Below are positions 12,311 through 25,269 of a DNA stretch of 64,000 nucleotides, in pieces (the first letter of the stretch is position 1; every line of letters starts with the position of its first letter). A program made the position numbers and the translations under genes. Source of the stretch: Octopus vulgaris. Lineage: Eukaryota. The stretch spans positions 23,932,001-23,996,000 of the forward strand of contig OX597838.1 of assembly GCA_951406725.2 (NCBI GenBank), given 5' to 3'. Under the pieces are notes generated by a model. The model was not told the DNA's origin. It saw only the letters and a program-made list of their open reading frames with translations, and searched no databases.

Positions 12311-12821
12311 GACATGAAATTTTGATTGAAGATTTTTAATTCAGACCACTTTAAAACATAAGGTTTTGCATCCTGGCATTGGAGCCTGTCTTAGGTTTGT
12401 TGGCATCAAAGAGAAAAAGATGCTATCCATTCAGAAGGATTGAACTCAGAAACACACAGTTGCAAACTAAACTTCTTAACCACACAGCCATTGTTTGCAC
12501 TTAACTCTTGAGATTTCAATCACAACAAAAAATAGAAATCTCTGCTTGAAGAAATAATTATCAGAGCACAAAGATTGTATTATCTCTTTCCTAAGATCTT
12601 GAGATGGTGATGTTGATATTTGTAGTTACAGACGCTGGTGAGGATAAATAGTATAGGTGGTGGTGGTGGTAGTGGTGGTGGCAGTGGTGGTGGTGGTGGT
12701 GAATGTGTGGTGATGGAGAAGGTGAAGGTAAAAGGAGTTATGGGTTAGAAGGTGGTAATGATATATATATATATATATATATATTTTCTGTAGTTTCAGC
12801 TCAGAGCTGCAATATATATAT

Positions 12822-12895
<74 letters not shown>

Positions 12896-12900
12896 CCGCG

Positions 12901-12933
<33 letters not shown>

Positions 12934-12936
<3 letters not shown>

Positions 12937-13170
12937 AGTTGGTGCATAATTACTGTGGCTTTTTTTCAGCAAAAACAATAACAATATTTAATAAAAACAT
13001 CTTTAAATGACGGTCTGACTGTTTGCCAAGCAAATGGGAAGCTGTAATTGAAGTTGATGGTGATTATGCTCCGGAATAATAATTTAAAGTTGTTTTTGTT
13101 ACATGTTGTTATTGTTTTTGTTAAATAAAATTTGATGAAATAAAGCTGCAATAATTATGCACCAACCCAA
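12934..13170. mobile_element. mariner-derived MITE (237 bp)
   Basis: TIRs TTGAGTTGGTGCATAATTACTGTGGCTTT / AAAGCTGCAATAATTATGCACCAACCCAA, flanked by TA on both sides. Confidence 0.85.
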
Positions 13171-13212
13171 TATACACACACACACATGCAGGCACACATG
13201 CATGCACACTTG

Positions 13213-14025
13213 TCGACTGAAAAGGTCACGTTGACCAAAGTACTTATATGGAATGTGACCAAATGAGGGTTACTTTTCAACAGAGTTCGCCCCTTTATGT
13301 CCACACACTTCTTCCATCGGTGTTACAGTGCTTGGATGCCATTGATGAAGAAGCTTTCATTCTATTGGTAAAAAAGTCATCAACGGCAGATATAATGGTA
13401 TTTTCACTGTGATACTGGCTCCCAGCCAAGTGGGTTTTTTCATGTTGGGGGACAGATGATAATCAGATGAGGCTAAATCAAGAGAATAGGGATTATGATC
13501 AACCAGTTCAAAGTCATAGTCATGCATAGAGCCATGGAAGGCAAGGACTTGTGTGCTGGAGCACTGTCCTGATGAAGCAAAAACCCTTTCATCAGTTTAC
13601 CTCGACACTTGGTCTTGACAGCCTTTTGGAACTACCTCAGCAAGTTGGTATGGTACTTCCCATTGATGGTGTGGCTTTTTTGAAGAGAGTCAACAAACAC
13701 AATGCCTTTTTGTTGTACCGTAATTTGTTATGTACAATAAATAAGATAACCAGACAACAGTAGAAACAATGTAACGAACTAACAAATCTCTTTACGAAAA
13801 ACCAACAATCAATATTCCTTGTGAACTAACCAACCAACACCTTCCGACTTCACAGCAAACTAACACAAACTTCACTCAACTCAGAAAGTCTGAATGTCTA
13901 ACACATTCGGATCCTTACTATTTATACTTTACTCGGACCAGTCTATCTCTTGCAAGGGGGCATCGTAACTCTCAACACATCACTTTTGCATCCCCCAAAA
14001 ACTAAGGCAATAACCTTCCCTGGAG
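13213..14025 (-). mobile_element. mariner transposase 3' remnant, frameshifted
   Basis: Minus-strand pieces LLHQDSAPAHKS, FELVDHNPYSLDLASSDYHL, NESFFINGIQAL*HRWKKCVD. A GKV..FWDAKG-like segment is split by the solo LTR. Confidence 0.8.
13711..13982 (-). mobile_element. solo LTR (272 bp) of an LTR retrotransposon
   Basis: TGTTGT...ACATCA ends; 5-bp TSD CTTTT at 13706-13710 and 13983-13987. Removing it rejoins the mariner sequence. TATAAATAG on the minus strand. Confidence 0.75.
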
Positions 14026-14029
14026 ACAT

Positions 14030-14535
14030 TTAGAAGCATTTCATCTATCATTATATTCTGAGTTCAAATTCTGCCAAGGTTGACTTTGCCTTCCAACCTT
14101 TCAAGCTCAGTAAAATAAGTACCAGTTGAGCACTGGGGTCGATGTAATCAACTTACCCCCTCCTCTGGAATTGTGCTGGCCATGTGCCAAAATTTGAAAC
14201 GGATACATTTAATAGGTAACTGGAGGGTATAGTAAAGGTACATTGCTTAGTGGTTAGGGTGTTTGATTCACAATTGTAAGGTTGTGAGTTCAATTCTTGG
14301 CGATGCATTGTGTCCTTGAGCAAGACATTTTATTTCACGTTGCTCCAATTCACTCAGCTGGCAAAATTCAGTTGTACCTGTAATTCAAAGGGGCCAGCCT
14401 TTTCACACACTGTGTCACACTGAATCTCCCTGAGAACTACATTAAGGGTACACATGTCTGAGGAGTGCTTAGCCACTTTTATTCTTATACTTGTTTCAGT
14501 CATTTGACTGCGGACATGCTGGAGCACCGCCTTAA
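14030..14535. mobile_element. family-B (+), family-C (+) and family-A tail (-) SINE fragments
   Basis: Diagnostic motifs of each family in succession. Confidence 0.7.
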
Positions 14536-15217
14536 CTCGCATGTTAATTTCTTGCATGTGGTAGTGGTGGTGGTGGTGGTGGATCATGGTTATGAATGTG
14601 TGTACGTGTGTGTGTATGTGTGTGTGTACGTGTGTGTATGCCTCTGTGTGTGTGTGTGTGTATGTGTGTGTGTGTACGTGTGTGTATGCCTCTGTGTGTG
14701 TGTGTGTGTAGCAGTGATGTTTAATCCTTTGGTATCTAAACTGGTCATATCCATCCCAAGTATCCTATCTGTTTTCATGTTCAAATTGGTCAGATCTGGC
14801 CTCTCGCACTTACCTTACAATGCCATCCTTAAAATAAACTTTCACATCATCGAACTCTCGAAGCTACAAAATATAATGCATGATTTAATTCAAAACAAGG
14901 TGAGTAAATAAGTATTGCATATGGCAGGTGATGGTGAGGGTGATGGGGTCGGCAATGGTGATGGTGTTGGTGGGTGGTGGTGGTGGGAATAGTGCACAGG
15001 GTGTGATGGTACAGCTGGTGTGTGGCAAAGGTTGGGGTAGGGTTGTGATGGGGTGGGGTGGGGTATTAGTTGACGGTGGGAAACTTTCTGGAGTAGAAAC
15101 TAGACCGTGACAATGTAAAGTGTTTTGGTTGAAGACATTAACTAAAGTGGCAGATCTTTGATCACGTTTTATCTATTTATTTATGTATTTATTATATTTG
15201 CTTATTTGTTTGTTTAT

Positions 15218-15525
15218 TCATCATCGCCATCATTATACATATTGTCTTTGTTATCATCATCATCATCATCACTGTCGTTGTTTTCATTATCGCTATCACA
15301 ACCACTACAACCAACAACAGCAACATACCTGTTGTCACCACTGCTGTCACCACCACCACCACCACCACCACCACCACCATTACCATCATCATTATCATCA
15401 TCATCATCATCATCACTGTTGTCGTCGTCATCGTCATCATTATCATCATCATCATCATCGTCATCATCATCATCATCACTGTCGTCGTCGTCATCATCAT
15501 CATCATCGTCATTATCATCATCATC
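15218..15525. repeat. compound (CAT)/(CAC)/(CGT) trinucleotide repeat
   Basis: Seen directly, with a recurring CACTGTYGT interruption. Confidence 0.9.
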
Positions 15526-15644
15526 GGGTTTGTTTTTTAGTTGCGCTTAAAACGGCAGACTTTGATGTGTTAACAAAGTTTTGACATAGTTTCAATCTTT
15601 TTTGAAAAGTAAAAATTTTGCATTATGTAGCTTGTTATTCTTGG

Positions 15645-15814
15645 GTCACCGCCTTTAGTCGAGCAAATTAACCCAGGACTTATTCTTTGTAAGCCTAGTA
15701 CTTATTCTATCAGTCTCTTTTGCTGAACCGCTAAGTTATGGAGACGTAAACACACCAGCATTGGTTGTCCAGAGATGTTGGGAAACACACACACACACAC
15801 ACACACAAACATAT

Positions 15815-15883
<69 letters not shown>

Positions 15884-16330
15884 TACATAGGTACAGGAGT
15901 GGCTGTGTGGTAAGTAGCTTGCTTACCAACCACATGGTTCTGTGTTCAGTCCCTCTGCGTGGCACCTTGAGTAAGTGTCTTCTACTATAGCCTTGGGCCG
16001 ACCAAAGCCTTGTGAGTGAATTTGATGGATAGAAACTAAAAGAAGACCGATGTTGGTGTGATTACATCCCTGTAACTTAGCGGTTCGGCGAAAGAGCCCG
16101 ATAGAATATGTGTGTATATGTTTGTGTGTGTGTGTGTGTCCCAACATCTCTGGACAACTGATGCTGGTGTGTTTATGTCCCCATAACTTAGCGGTTCAGC
16201 AAAAGAGCCCGATAGAATAAGTACTAGGCTTACAAAGAATAAGTCCTGGAGTCAATTCGTTCTGACTAAAGGCGGTGCTCCAGCATGGCCGCAGTCAAAA
16301 CGACCGTAGCAAACAAAGGAATAAGAGAAT
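15645..16330. mobile_element. rearranged family-A SINE with inverted tail duplication
   Basis: Minus tail 15645-15805, plus head 15891-16045, plus tails to 16330. Confidence 0.75.
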
Positions 16331-16944
16331 ATGCTCTGTATAAGCAAAGATAATGCAGAGCAAGGAAGAACCACTTCTGCTTTTGTAGGTAACAACGTAA
16401 CCTCTCATCACGCTGGTACCATGATGAAATGCACCCAGCTCACTTAATAAAATGCTTGTCAAATGATCGCAGATGTTGCAGGGTTAAGGTGACAGGCACG
16501 ATGGTGGTGGTGGTGGGAGGGGTTGTGGGTGGGTGGGGGGTCTCTGTGATAAGAACTTGACAGCATCTTCAGTTCTGGTGCCACTTTGTAATAGAGTCCT
16601 GAAACACACTTTGTAGAGCGGGGGGTGGTGTTAAGGAGGACATTCAGCCGTGGCTGAAATGCAATCAATGCTAAAATGAAACATAAATGAGACGTGGTTC
16701 CCCGTACCCCGACCCACGACCCACCAGCTGAGAACAGTGACAAGAAATTACTGTGAAGTGTGGAAACCTTGCCAAACTGTGCCACACCATGGAAAAGCAG
16801 ATGTAATATAGGGATGATGAAGATGATGATGATGATTTTACATACAAATGTATGTGTTTATGCTGGGATTTGTTTGTATACTTGTGCATATGTGTCAATG
16901 TGAGTATGTGTGTGTGTGTGTGTGTGAGTGTTTATGCATATATG

Positions 16945-16990
<46 letters not shown>

Positions 16991-17390
16991 GGTGTAGGAG
17001 TGGCTATGTGGTTAGTAGCTTGCTAACCAACCACATGGTTCCGGGTTCAGTCCCACTGCGTGGCATCTTGAGCAAGTGTCTTCTGCTATAGCCTCGGGCC
17101 GACCAAAGCCTTGTGAGTGGATTTGGGTGACAGAAACTGAAAGAAGCCTGTCCTATGTATGTATATATATATGTATGTGTGTGTATATGTTTGTGTGTCT
17201 GTGTTTGTCCCCCTAGCATTGCTTGACAACCGGTGCTGGTGTGTTTACGTCCCCGTCATTTAGCGGTTTGGCAAAAGAGACCGATAGAATAAGTACTGGG
17301 CTTACAAAGAATAAGTCCCGGGGTCGATTTGCTTGACCAAAGGCGGTGCTCCAGCATGGCTGCAGTCAAATGACTGAAACAAGTAAAAGA
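16991..17390 (+). mobile_element. full-length family-A SINE
   Basis: Complete head, core, microsatellite and tail. Confidence 0.9.
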
Positions 17391-17783
17391 GAGAAAGAGA
17401 GAGAGAGAGTATATATATACACACACACACACGTACATATATACACACACACATATATATGTATACACACACACACATATATATATACACGCATATATAT
17501 ACATACATATATATAGTCAATTAAAACTGAATTAGTGAGACAGCGACAACAAAAAAGCTACGTTAAGAATATTATTCAACTACTAATGTACTTGAATGAC
17601 ATGTGTGTGTGTGTATGCATATATATATATATATATATATAAGTTCAAATAAAGGTTACAAACCTCATTAAGAGATAATTTTATTCACTTATCTTATCAG
17701 TTTACTAATATTAATTAACTCACCATAACTTCAATTACAAGACAACCTTATTTTCTAGAGTACACATAGAAATTTATATCCAA

Positions 17784-18300
17784 ATTCTGTTGTGTCTGGG
17801 GAGAGTCATTTTCTTTTTGTGCCTTATAATGTAAGACACTCACCGGTAAAATTTTCACTTATTTCTTATTTTTAAAAATAAAAATAAAAATAAGAAATAA
17901 ATGGAAATTCTACCGGTAAGTGTGTTACATTATAAGGCACAAAAAGAAAATGACTTTCCCCAGACACAACAGAATATGCTTCAACACACGAACTCATATA
18001 AAGAATCTTGCAAACCAAATCCAAAAACGAAATACATCCAAATTACTAATCTCATAATATAATCACAGCCTACTATAATGTAAAATATAATAAAGTATAT
18101 TAGAATTAATTAAAAAGTATTTAAACATATTATAAAAATATATATATACTTTACCTGTTATTAGTCTGTGGGGAAAGAAGATAATATTAATCAACGCTAC
18201 ATGCGTTTCTGCCCTGGTGGTTTGTTTTACCAGGTTGTACCTAATACATAAATCCACCAGTGCATCCTCAGGCTATTTTTCTTTTTATTATTATTATTAA
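17784..18300 (-). mobile_element. Penelope-like remnant with ~90-bp inverted repeat and degenerate hammerhead
   Basis: Arms about 17784-17876 / 17885-17975. Minus-strand GC-CTGAGGA-TGC...GCA-GAAACGCATGTA-GC at 18196-18273. Confidence 0.55.
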
Positions 18301-18514
18301 CGGATCCAACTTAATCATACAAATTCTGAGATATCTTCACAAAAAATAGGAATAAAAATAAATATATACATATATATATAACTTCCTAATATATTTTTAC
18401 AAAATTTAAAAGATTTTAAAAATTAAAAAAATTATAAAATTTTAAAAATTCAGAAAAATTTAATATAATTAAACACCTAAAAATATAATAACGATATATA
18501 TATATATATATATA

Positions 18515-18814
18515 CCGGAGTAAACACATAAATGTGAAACAAAGTGGAAAAAAAGAGTACTCAAATACCAGAGGTAGAGTAATATGCTTTATTTAAAAGC
18601 AGCAGAAATTCAACAAAACCTGTTACTCGGAGTTTCACGTTCCCGTTCGTCGGACAGTTTTGTTATAATAGAACCGATATTTAAAGGTGTAACGTTTATA
18701 CTAGTCTTGATAGAATTGTCATATCGGTTCTATTTTAACAAAACTGTCCAACGAATGGGAACGTGAAACTCCGAGTAACAGGTTTTGTTGAATTTCTGCT
18801 GCTTTTAAATAAAG
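18515..18814. mobile_element. Penelope-like inverted pLTR remnant, each arm with a minimal hammerhead motif
   Basis: Arms 18587-18680 / 18721-18814 with a 40-nt spacer, flanked by (TA)n. Confidence 0.7.
18620..18657 (-). ncRNA. minimal hammerhead ribozyme (CCGACGA core variant)
   Basis: CTGT-CCGACGA-ACG-GGAA-CGT-GAA-ACT-CCG-AGT-A-ACAG; all three stems pair. The plus-strand mirror at 18744-18781 is mutated (CCAACGA). Confidence 0.7.
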
Positions 18815-18854
<40 letters not shown>

Positions 18855-19169
18855 TATATATATATATAGAAAGTGCCAAACATAAAGAAACCCTCATAGA
18901 CTATTTTATAACCACGTCAAATTAAACCGCCTATCTATATTAACTTTATGGGAATTAATAATTTATTGTGAAATTTACTCCTATCAGTACTAGTATATAT
19001 TACCATTATTATGTCAAATCTAAGTTAATAATATTTAAAAAGTAAAAAACCTCTATATATGTTACAAATTTATTGAAAAACCTAGTAAATGAAACTATTT
19101 ACCACAATTGATAATAATTAATAAATATGTATATATTACATATTTATACAAATATGTATATATGTACAC

Positions 19170-19800
19170 AGGCACAGGAGTGGCTGTGTGGTAAGTAGCT
19201 TGCTTACCAACCACATGGTTTTGGGTTCAGGCCCATTGCATGGCATCTTGGGCAAGTGTCTTCTACTTTAGCCTCGGACGGACCAAAGCCCTGTGAGTGG
19301 ATTTGGTAGACGGAAACTGAAAGAAGCCCATTGTGTATATGTGTATATGATTTTATATACATATATATATATATATATATAAAAAGTTAATCCAAACAAG
19401 AAAACAAAAACAAAAACAAAAAAAACACAACAACGCGAGGACGTGGAACAAATAAAGTATTATTGGACACTCAGGAAAGAAGGGAAGAAGGAGGGTTTAA
19501 TGTTTTGAGCGGAGCTCTTCATCGGAAACATAGGAGAAGGAAAGATCCATATATATGTATGTGTGTATGTATGTATATGTGCGTATATGTCTGTGTTTGT
19601 CACCCCAACATCACTTGACAACCGATGCTGGTGTGTTTATGTCCCTATAACTTAGTGGTTTGGCAAAAGAGACCGATAGAATACTAGAATACCAATGTAA
19701 GTACTAGGCTTACAAACAATAAGTCCTGGGGTTGATTTGCTTGATTAAACGTGGTGCTCCAGCATGGCCACAGTCAAATGACTGAAACAAGTAAAAGTAA
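19170..19800 (+). mobile_element. family-A SINE with a PLE-like fragment (19382-19548, minus) nested in its microsatellite
   Basis: SINE head and tail flank a segment homologous to 39866-40045. Confidence 0.8.
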
Positions 19801-19884
19801 AATATGTATACGTATATATACATAGAGACATGCATACACACATGCATAACATCTCCCAATCATACACACACACATATGTATATA

Positions 19885-19920
<36 letters not shown>

Positions 19921-20090
19921 TGTATGTATGTATGTACGTATGTATGTATGTATGTATGTTTGATAGTTTGATAAGTGCCAATGCACGAAACTCTCAGCCC
20001 TTGAGTCACTCTGTTGCTTCTGCTAAATATTAATAAACACATACATATAGTCATATTTTGAGTTCTATTTTTGCTGTTTGCATCACCATA

Positions 20091-20166
<76 letters not shown>

Positions 20167-20255
20167 TATACAATCATATGTATGTGAAAATGTGTGTATA
20201 TATATATGTATATATATATATATACACACATACATGAATATGTATATGTGTATAC

Positions 20256-20344
<89 letters not shown>

Positions 20345-20599
20345 TTCATGTGGGCATATAGTGTATATAATACATATAATGTATATTTTATATTTCCCTT
20401 GCCAAGTATTTGAATGTTTTGTATTTATGTTGCCCTTATGGTAAATAAACAAGCACCACCATCACCACCATCATCTTCATCATCATCACCACGGTGCTGA
20501 TGCTGTCAAGGTTGGCAGCAGAGTGAGTGGTGGGTGATAGCCATGTTTGAAGTAGTAGAATGGTAGTGACTACAATGAGCCTAGAGTCTTGTGTTGGCA

Positions 20600-20701
20600 T
20601 GGGTTATGATGGTGGTGATGGGAATGATGTTGACGATGGTGATGATGATGATGATGATGATGGGAATGATGATGATGATGGTGATGATGGTGGTGGTGGT
20701 G

Positions 20702-20734
<33 letters not shown>

Positions 20735-20774
20735 ATGGTGATGATTATGATGATGATGTTGCTGTAGTTGATGA

Positions 20775-20806
<32 letters not shown>

Positions 20807-20906
20807 ATGGTGTTGGTAGTAGTAGTAGTAGTAGTAGTAATGGTGATGATGATGATGTTGCTGTAGTTGATGATGATGATGATGATGGTGGTGGTGATGA
20901 TGGTGT

Positions 20907-20938
<32 letters not shown>

Positions 20939-20972
20939 ATGGTGATGATGATGATGATGATGTTGCTGTAGT

Positions 20973-21028
<56 letters not shown>

Positions 21029-21200
21029 ATGGTGATGATGATGATGATGTTGCTGTAGTTGATGATGATGATGATGATGTTGGTGGTGGTGGTGGTGGTG
21101 GTGGTAGTAGTAGTAGTAGTAATGGTGGTGATGATGATGATGTTGCTGGTGATGCTGTAGTTGATGATGATGATGATGAGCTGGGTGATGGTAGTGCTAA
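20600..21200. repeat. higher-order (GAT)n-(GGT)n-(AGT)n-GTTGCTGTAGTT repeat
   Basis: About five cycles of the same trinucleotide block order. Confidence 0.9.
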
Positions 21201-21299
21201 CTGTTATGGCCGTGATGCTGATGTGCAATTAGAAAACATTTTAAGAGCACCCAGATAAAATAGATTTTAGTCTAAAAAAAAAACAATAGCAATAAATGA

Positions 21300-22150
21300 A
21301 AGTGGAAGAGAGAAAGAGAGTGAGAAAGAGAGCAACAAGCTACATAGAGAGAGTAACATATTACATAAAGAGAGGAAGAAAATCTAAGAGTAAGGAAAGA
21401 GAGGGTCAAAGGAGAAGGGCAGAGAGCGTGAGAGAGAGAGAGAGAGAGAGCACGACATCTTACATAGACAGAGAGGGAGAGAGAGCGATACCTTACATAG
21501 AGAGAGGGAGAGAAAGCAACACTTTACATAGAGAGATAGAGAGAGAGATAGCAACACCTTACATAGACAGAGAGAGGGGGAGAGAGTAGTACTTTGTATA
21601 GATAGAGAGAGAAGGAAGGAGGGGGGGAGAAAGAACAATACCTTTCAAAGAGAGGAGAGAGAGAAACATCTTATTTAAAGAGACGGAAAGAGAAAGAGAA
21701 AGAGTGAGAGAGCGCGCAACACCTTATATATAAAAAAAAAAGAGAGAGAGGGTAAAAAAAGCGACCTTTTATTTAGAGAAAGAGATAGAGGGGGGGGGGG
21801 GGAGAACGAAAGCATCACTTTACATAGAGGGAAAAAGAAAGTGATAGAGAACAACACCTTTGACAGAGAGAGGAAGAGAGGATAGAGATCAACACCTTAT
21901 ATAGAGCAAAACTGAGAGGTAGAGAGAGAGAGCAACGTGTTAGGGAGATGGAAAGAGAAAGAGGGAGAGAGAGAGACAAACAGAAAGAGCAAAACGTTAG
22001 GAACATGGAATGAGAGGGAGAGAGAGAGAGAGAGGTGGATTGACAGATAGATAGAGAGACAGACAGATAGATAGAGAGAGAGAGAGAGATAGAGAGAGAG
22101 AGAGACAGAGAGAGAGAGAGACAGGTAGAGAGAGAGAGAGAGAGAAAAAC
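21300..22150. repeat. purine-rich (GA)n array with recurring CAACACCTTACATAG motif
   Basis: Motif variants recur roughly every 25-35 bp. Confidence 0.8.
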
Positions 22151-23917
22151 ATCAATTTTTTTTCTCTCCAGCATTTCATGTGATATTGTCAGGGGAAACG
22201 GGGGAAAATAGATAAACAGATAGACAGACAGAAACAAATAGAGAGAGAGAGAGAGAGAGACTGAGTAGTGTGTGAGGGGGGGGAAATTATTGATCGATGC
22301 AAAAAAGGGGGGGAAACAATTTATTTTTAAAAAATATATAATCATTTGGACTCGATGTTGAAATTAATTGATTGAAAAAAAATTTTTTTTTCTCCTTCGT
22401 AACACCAACATATAATTTTGACAGATAGGAAGAATTAATAAGAATATATATTTTTTTTTAATGTCAAGACTGCTGCATTACGTTTTCACCTTTGGTCATC
22501 GTTTCTTAATTTGTCTGCGTCGGAAAATGGCGTCGAAGCTTCCAGAGTCAGTCTGGACCAATGTTGTTTATTCAGCTGCATGATTATATATATCTAGTCT
22601 ACCTGAAATTGCCTTCTTCTTTCTTCGCTAAACGCATCCGCGATGGAAACGATCTTTAGGTAAAAATGCTTATATTTTATCATGGGGGGGTTTAGAAAAA
22701 AAAGAAGAAAAAAAAACTAGAAAAACCATTATGGTTTTTTTGTTTTTTTCCATTATTTTTATTTACTTTCTGTTTATTTGATTTTTGTATTTATTTATTT
22801 GTTTGTCTGTTTTCATTCTGTCGTTCTTGGTTCGTTTATTCGCTTCGTCTTCTTTAGCGAGACGCGCACTGCCTTGCCAGCGCTGGCCATAAAGTGAGGG
22901 TTCAGTTTTGCATTGAAACTCTACGCGACACTGGTCCACGTTTTCGGCATGCTTGTTTTGTCTGTTGTTTTTTGCGGAAAAGCCCGCGACGACACGACTT
23001 GCCGATTCACAAAAATATACTTCCCTAAACAAAGTATGATATAGATATATATATTTATTTATATATATATATATATATATAAATAAATATATTTATCTAT
23101 ATGTATATAAGAGAGAGAACAGAATAGAATAGAATGGAAAATTGAATAAAAGTCCGCGATATGAGGGAGGAAATAGATGTGTAGATATGAATTCTTTATT
23201 TCATAATAGTTGGAGGTATGGTGGGATGTTCAATATCTGTAAATATTTGTCTTTAAAATAAAAAAAAATAATAACTGCAACGACAGAGAAACGAAATAAG
23301 AAAAAAACCAAAATATCACTGAGGCATCATTTACTCCAAATAAAAGTTTTAATTAGATAATACCTCTCAATTATTTCTGTATTTTAATATCATGAGCACA
23401 CATCCTCCGGTCATCTGTTATAACACACGTTCATGTTTCTAGTTATTTGTGAATTACTTTGGACATTTCTGGAATGTTCTAATACACCCAAATGTTTCTT
23501 CCCTCAACATTACATACTACACGTTGCGAGAAACTCCGAGTGGCGACAGAGGCATTCATCAGCTTTTCCCAATTGAATAAACTCTACATAAATGTACCGA
23601 GGATGTCTTTTCTCGTTTGTAACAGCAAACACATGCATTACACATTCCAACAGGCGTGCACACGCAGAGACACGCATGCCTGCATTCATACAAACGCATG
23701 TATACATACATACATACATACGTGTATGCGTGCATACATATACTACATGCCTATACATACACACATATAGACGAAACCAACGTATACATACATACATACA
23801 AATACATGTATGCATGCGTTCATATGCATACATACAAACGTATATATATATATACATACAAACACGCATGCATATACACACATTCCTAAACACGTGCATA
23901 TGCGCATAAATAAATAA

Positions 23918-23955
<38 letters not shown>

Positions 23956-24349
23956 GTAGTATCATACATACATACATGCATCCACACAGACAATCGTACA
24001 TGGATACACACACACATGAAGTTATTTCTACTACTAAAAAAAAATTTCTTATATGCTGTTCATTTAACGTAAATTTACCTTCAAACTTCATAAAATATTC
24101 ATCTATTTTTACCTTTATTAAAAGCAACAAATATATACACCAAGCTGCAGCGAACAAAACAACCTCCCTGAAGGTGTGTGAAGTAATTGCTATGTCTTAG
24201 GGTTAGAATCATAATTCGAGGAGTGTCGCCTTCTTACTTCGTCTTTCATCACATCTTTTCCCCCCGTTTCCCTACCTTTTTTTTTTTCATCTTCCGTCTG
24301 TGAGCTGCCGAACAGATTCCCCATTTCTTTCTGACTTTAACCCCTATTG

Positions 24350-24870
24350 CCAAGATAATTCTTCAAAAACGCCTTGAGGTATTCGTTCTATCACTTTGCG
24401 TTCTGAGTTCAAATCTCGCGGAGGTCAAATTTGCCGTTCATCCTTCAGGAGTCGATAAACTAAAGTACCCATTCTCGTACTGTGGCAATAGTATTGATTC
24501 GTTCCCCATCCTTAAAATTGCTCGCCTTCTAAGTCTACTTTGCCTTTCATCTCTTCAGGGTCAATGAAATAAAATACCACTTGGTATCGACTAATTCCCT
24601 GCCCTCAAATTTTCAGGCATTGTGTCTGTGGTGTTAGTGGTTTTCTGTTGTCCTTTTCTTCCATCACACTAGTGTCTAAATTGGAAACGAATAATTATTA
24701 TCTTTTCGGCTTTTCACGTTCTGATTTCAAGTGCCGCCCATGTTAGCTTTGCTGTTCATCCCTCCGGGGTTGATGAAAGAAAGTACCAGTCAGATACTGA
24801 GGTCGACGATAACGACTTCGTCACATCCTCTCAAAATTGCTAGCCTTATGTCTACATCACAAACAATTAT
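24350..24870 (+). mobile_element. old family-B SINE fragments (about three)
   Basis: TTCTGAGTTCAAAT and TTCATCCT..GGGTCGAT variants. Confidence 0.6.
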
Positions 24871-25269
24871 TATTGCTATTATTATTATTTTTTCTCTCGT
24901 AAACCCTCTTCGTAGTCTTCCGGAAGATCTTCCAGCAGACTAGGGTCTGCTGCTATTCATAGCCATCTGAAGAAGCGAAAAGAAGACAACACACATCAAC
25001 ATACACTCACATGCACATATACACACTCACGCGCGCGCACATGCACACGCTTGCGCGCGCGCAAACGCACGCTCACACACACACACACACACTTACGCAC
25101 GCATGCACAGACTAATTCCTGTTGCGGTCACATTGTGAGGGTTCATTACAATATTCGGTTTGAATAGAAAACCGATCCCTGTCTTCTTCCGTGGATCACC
25201 ACAGGGTGCTCGCTCCATTGGCCAGCTCTCGCCGATACGGAGGCTCTACGCAGTTGTCTGATGTACTTA

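Noticed and set aside
15158-15584. Poly-His/poly-Ser ORFs resembling His-rich structural proteins
   Set aside because: Pure trinucleotide slippage, open in several frames on both strands.
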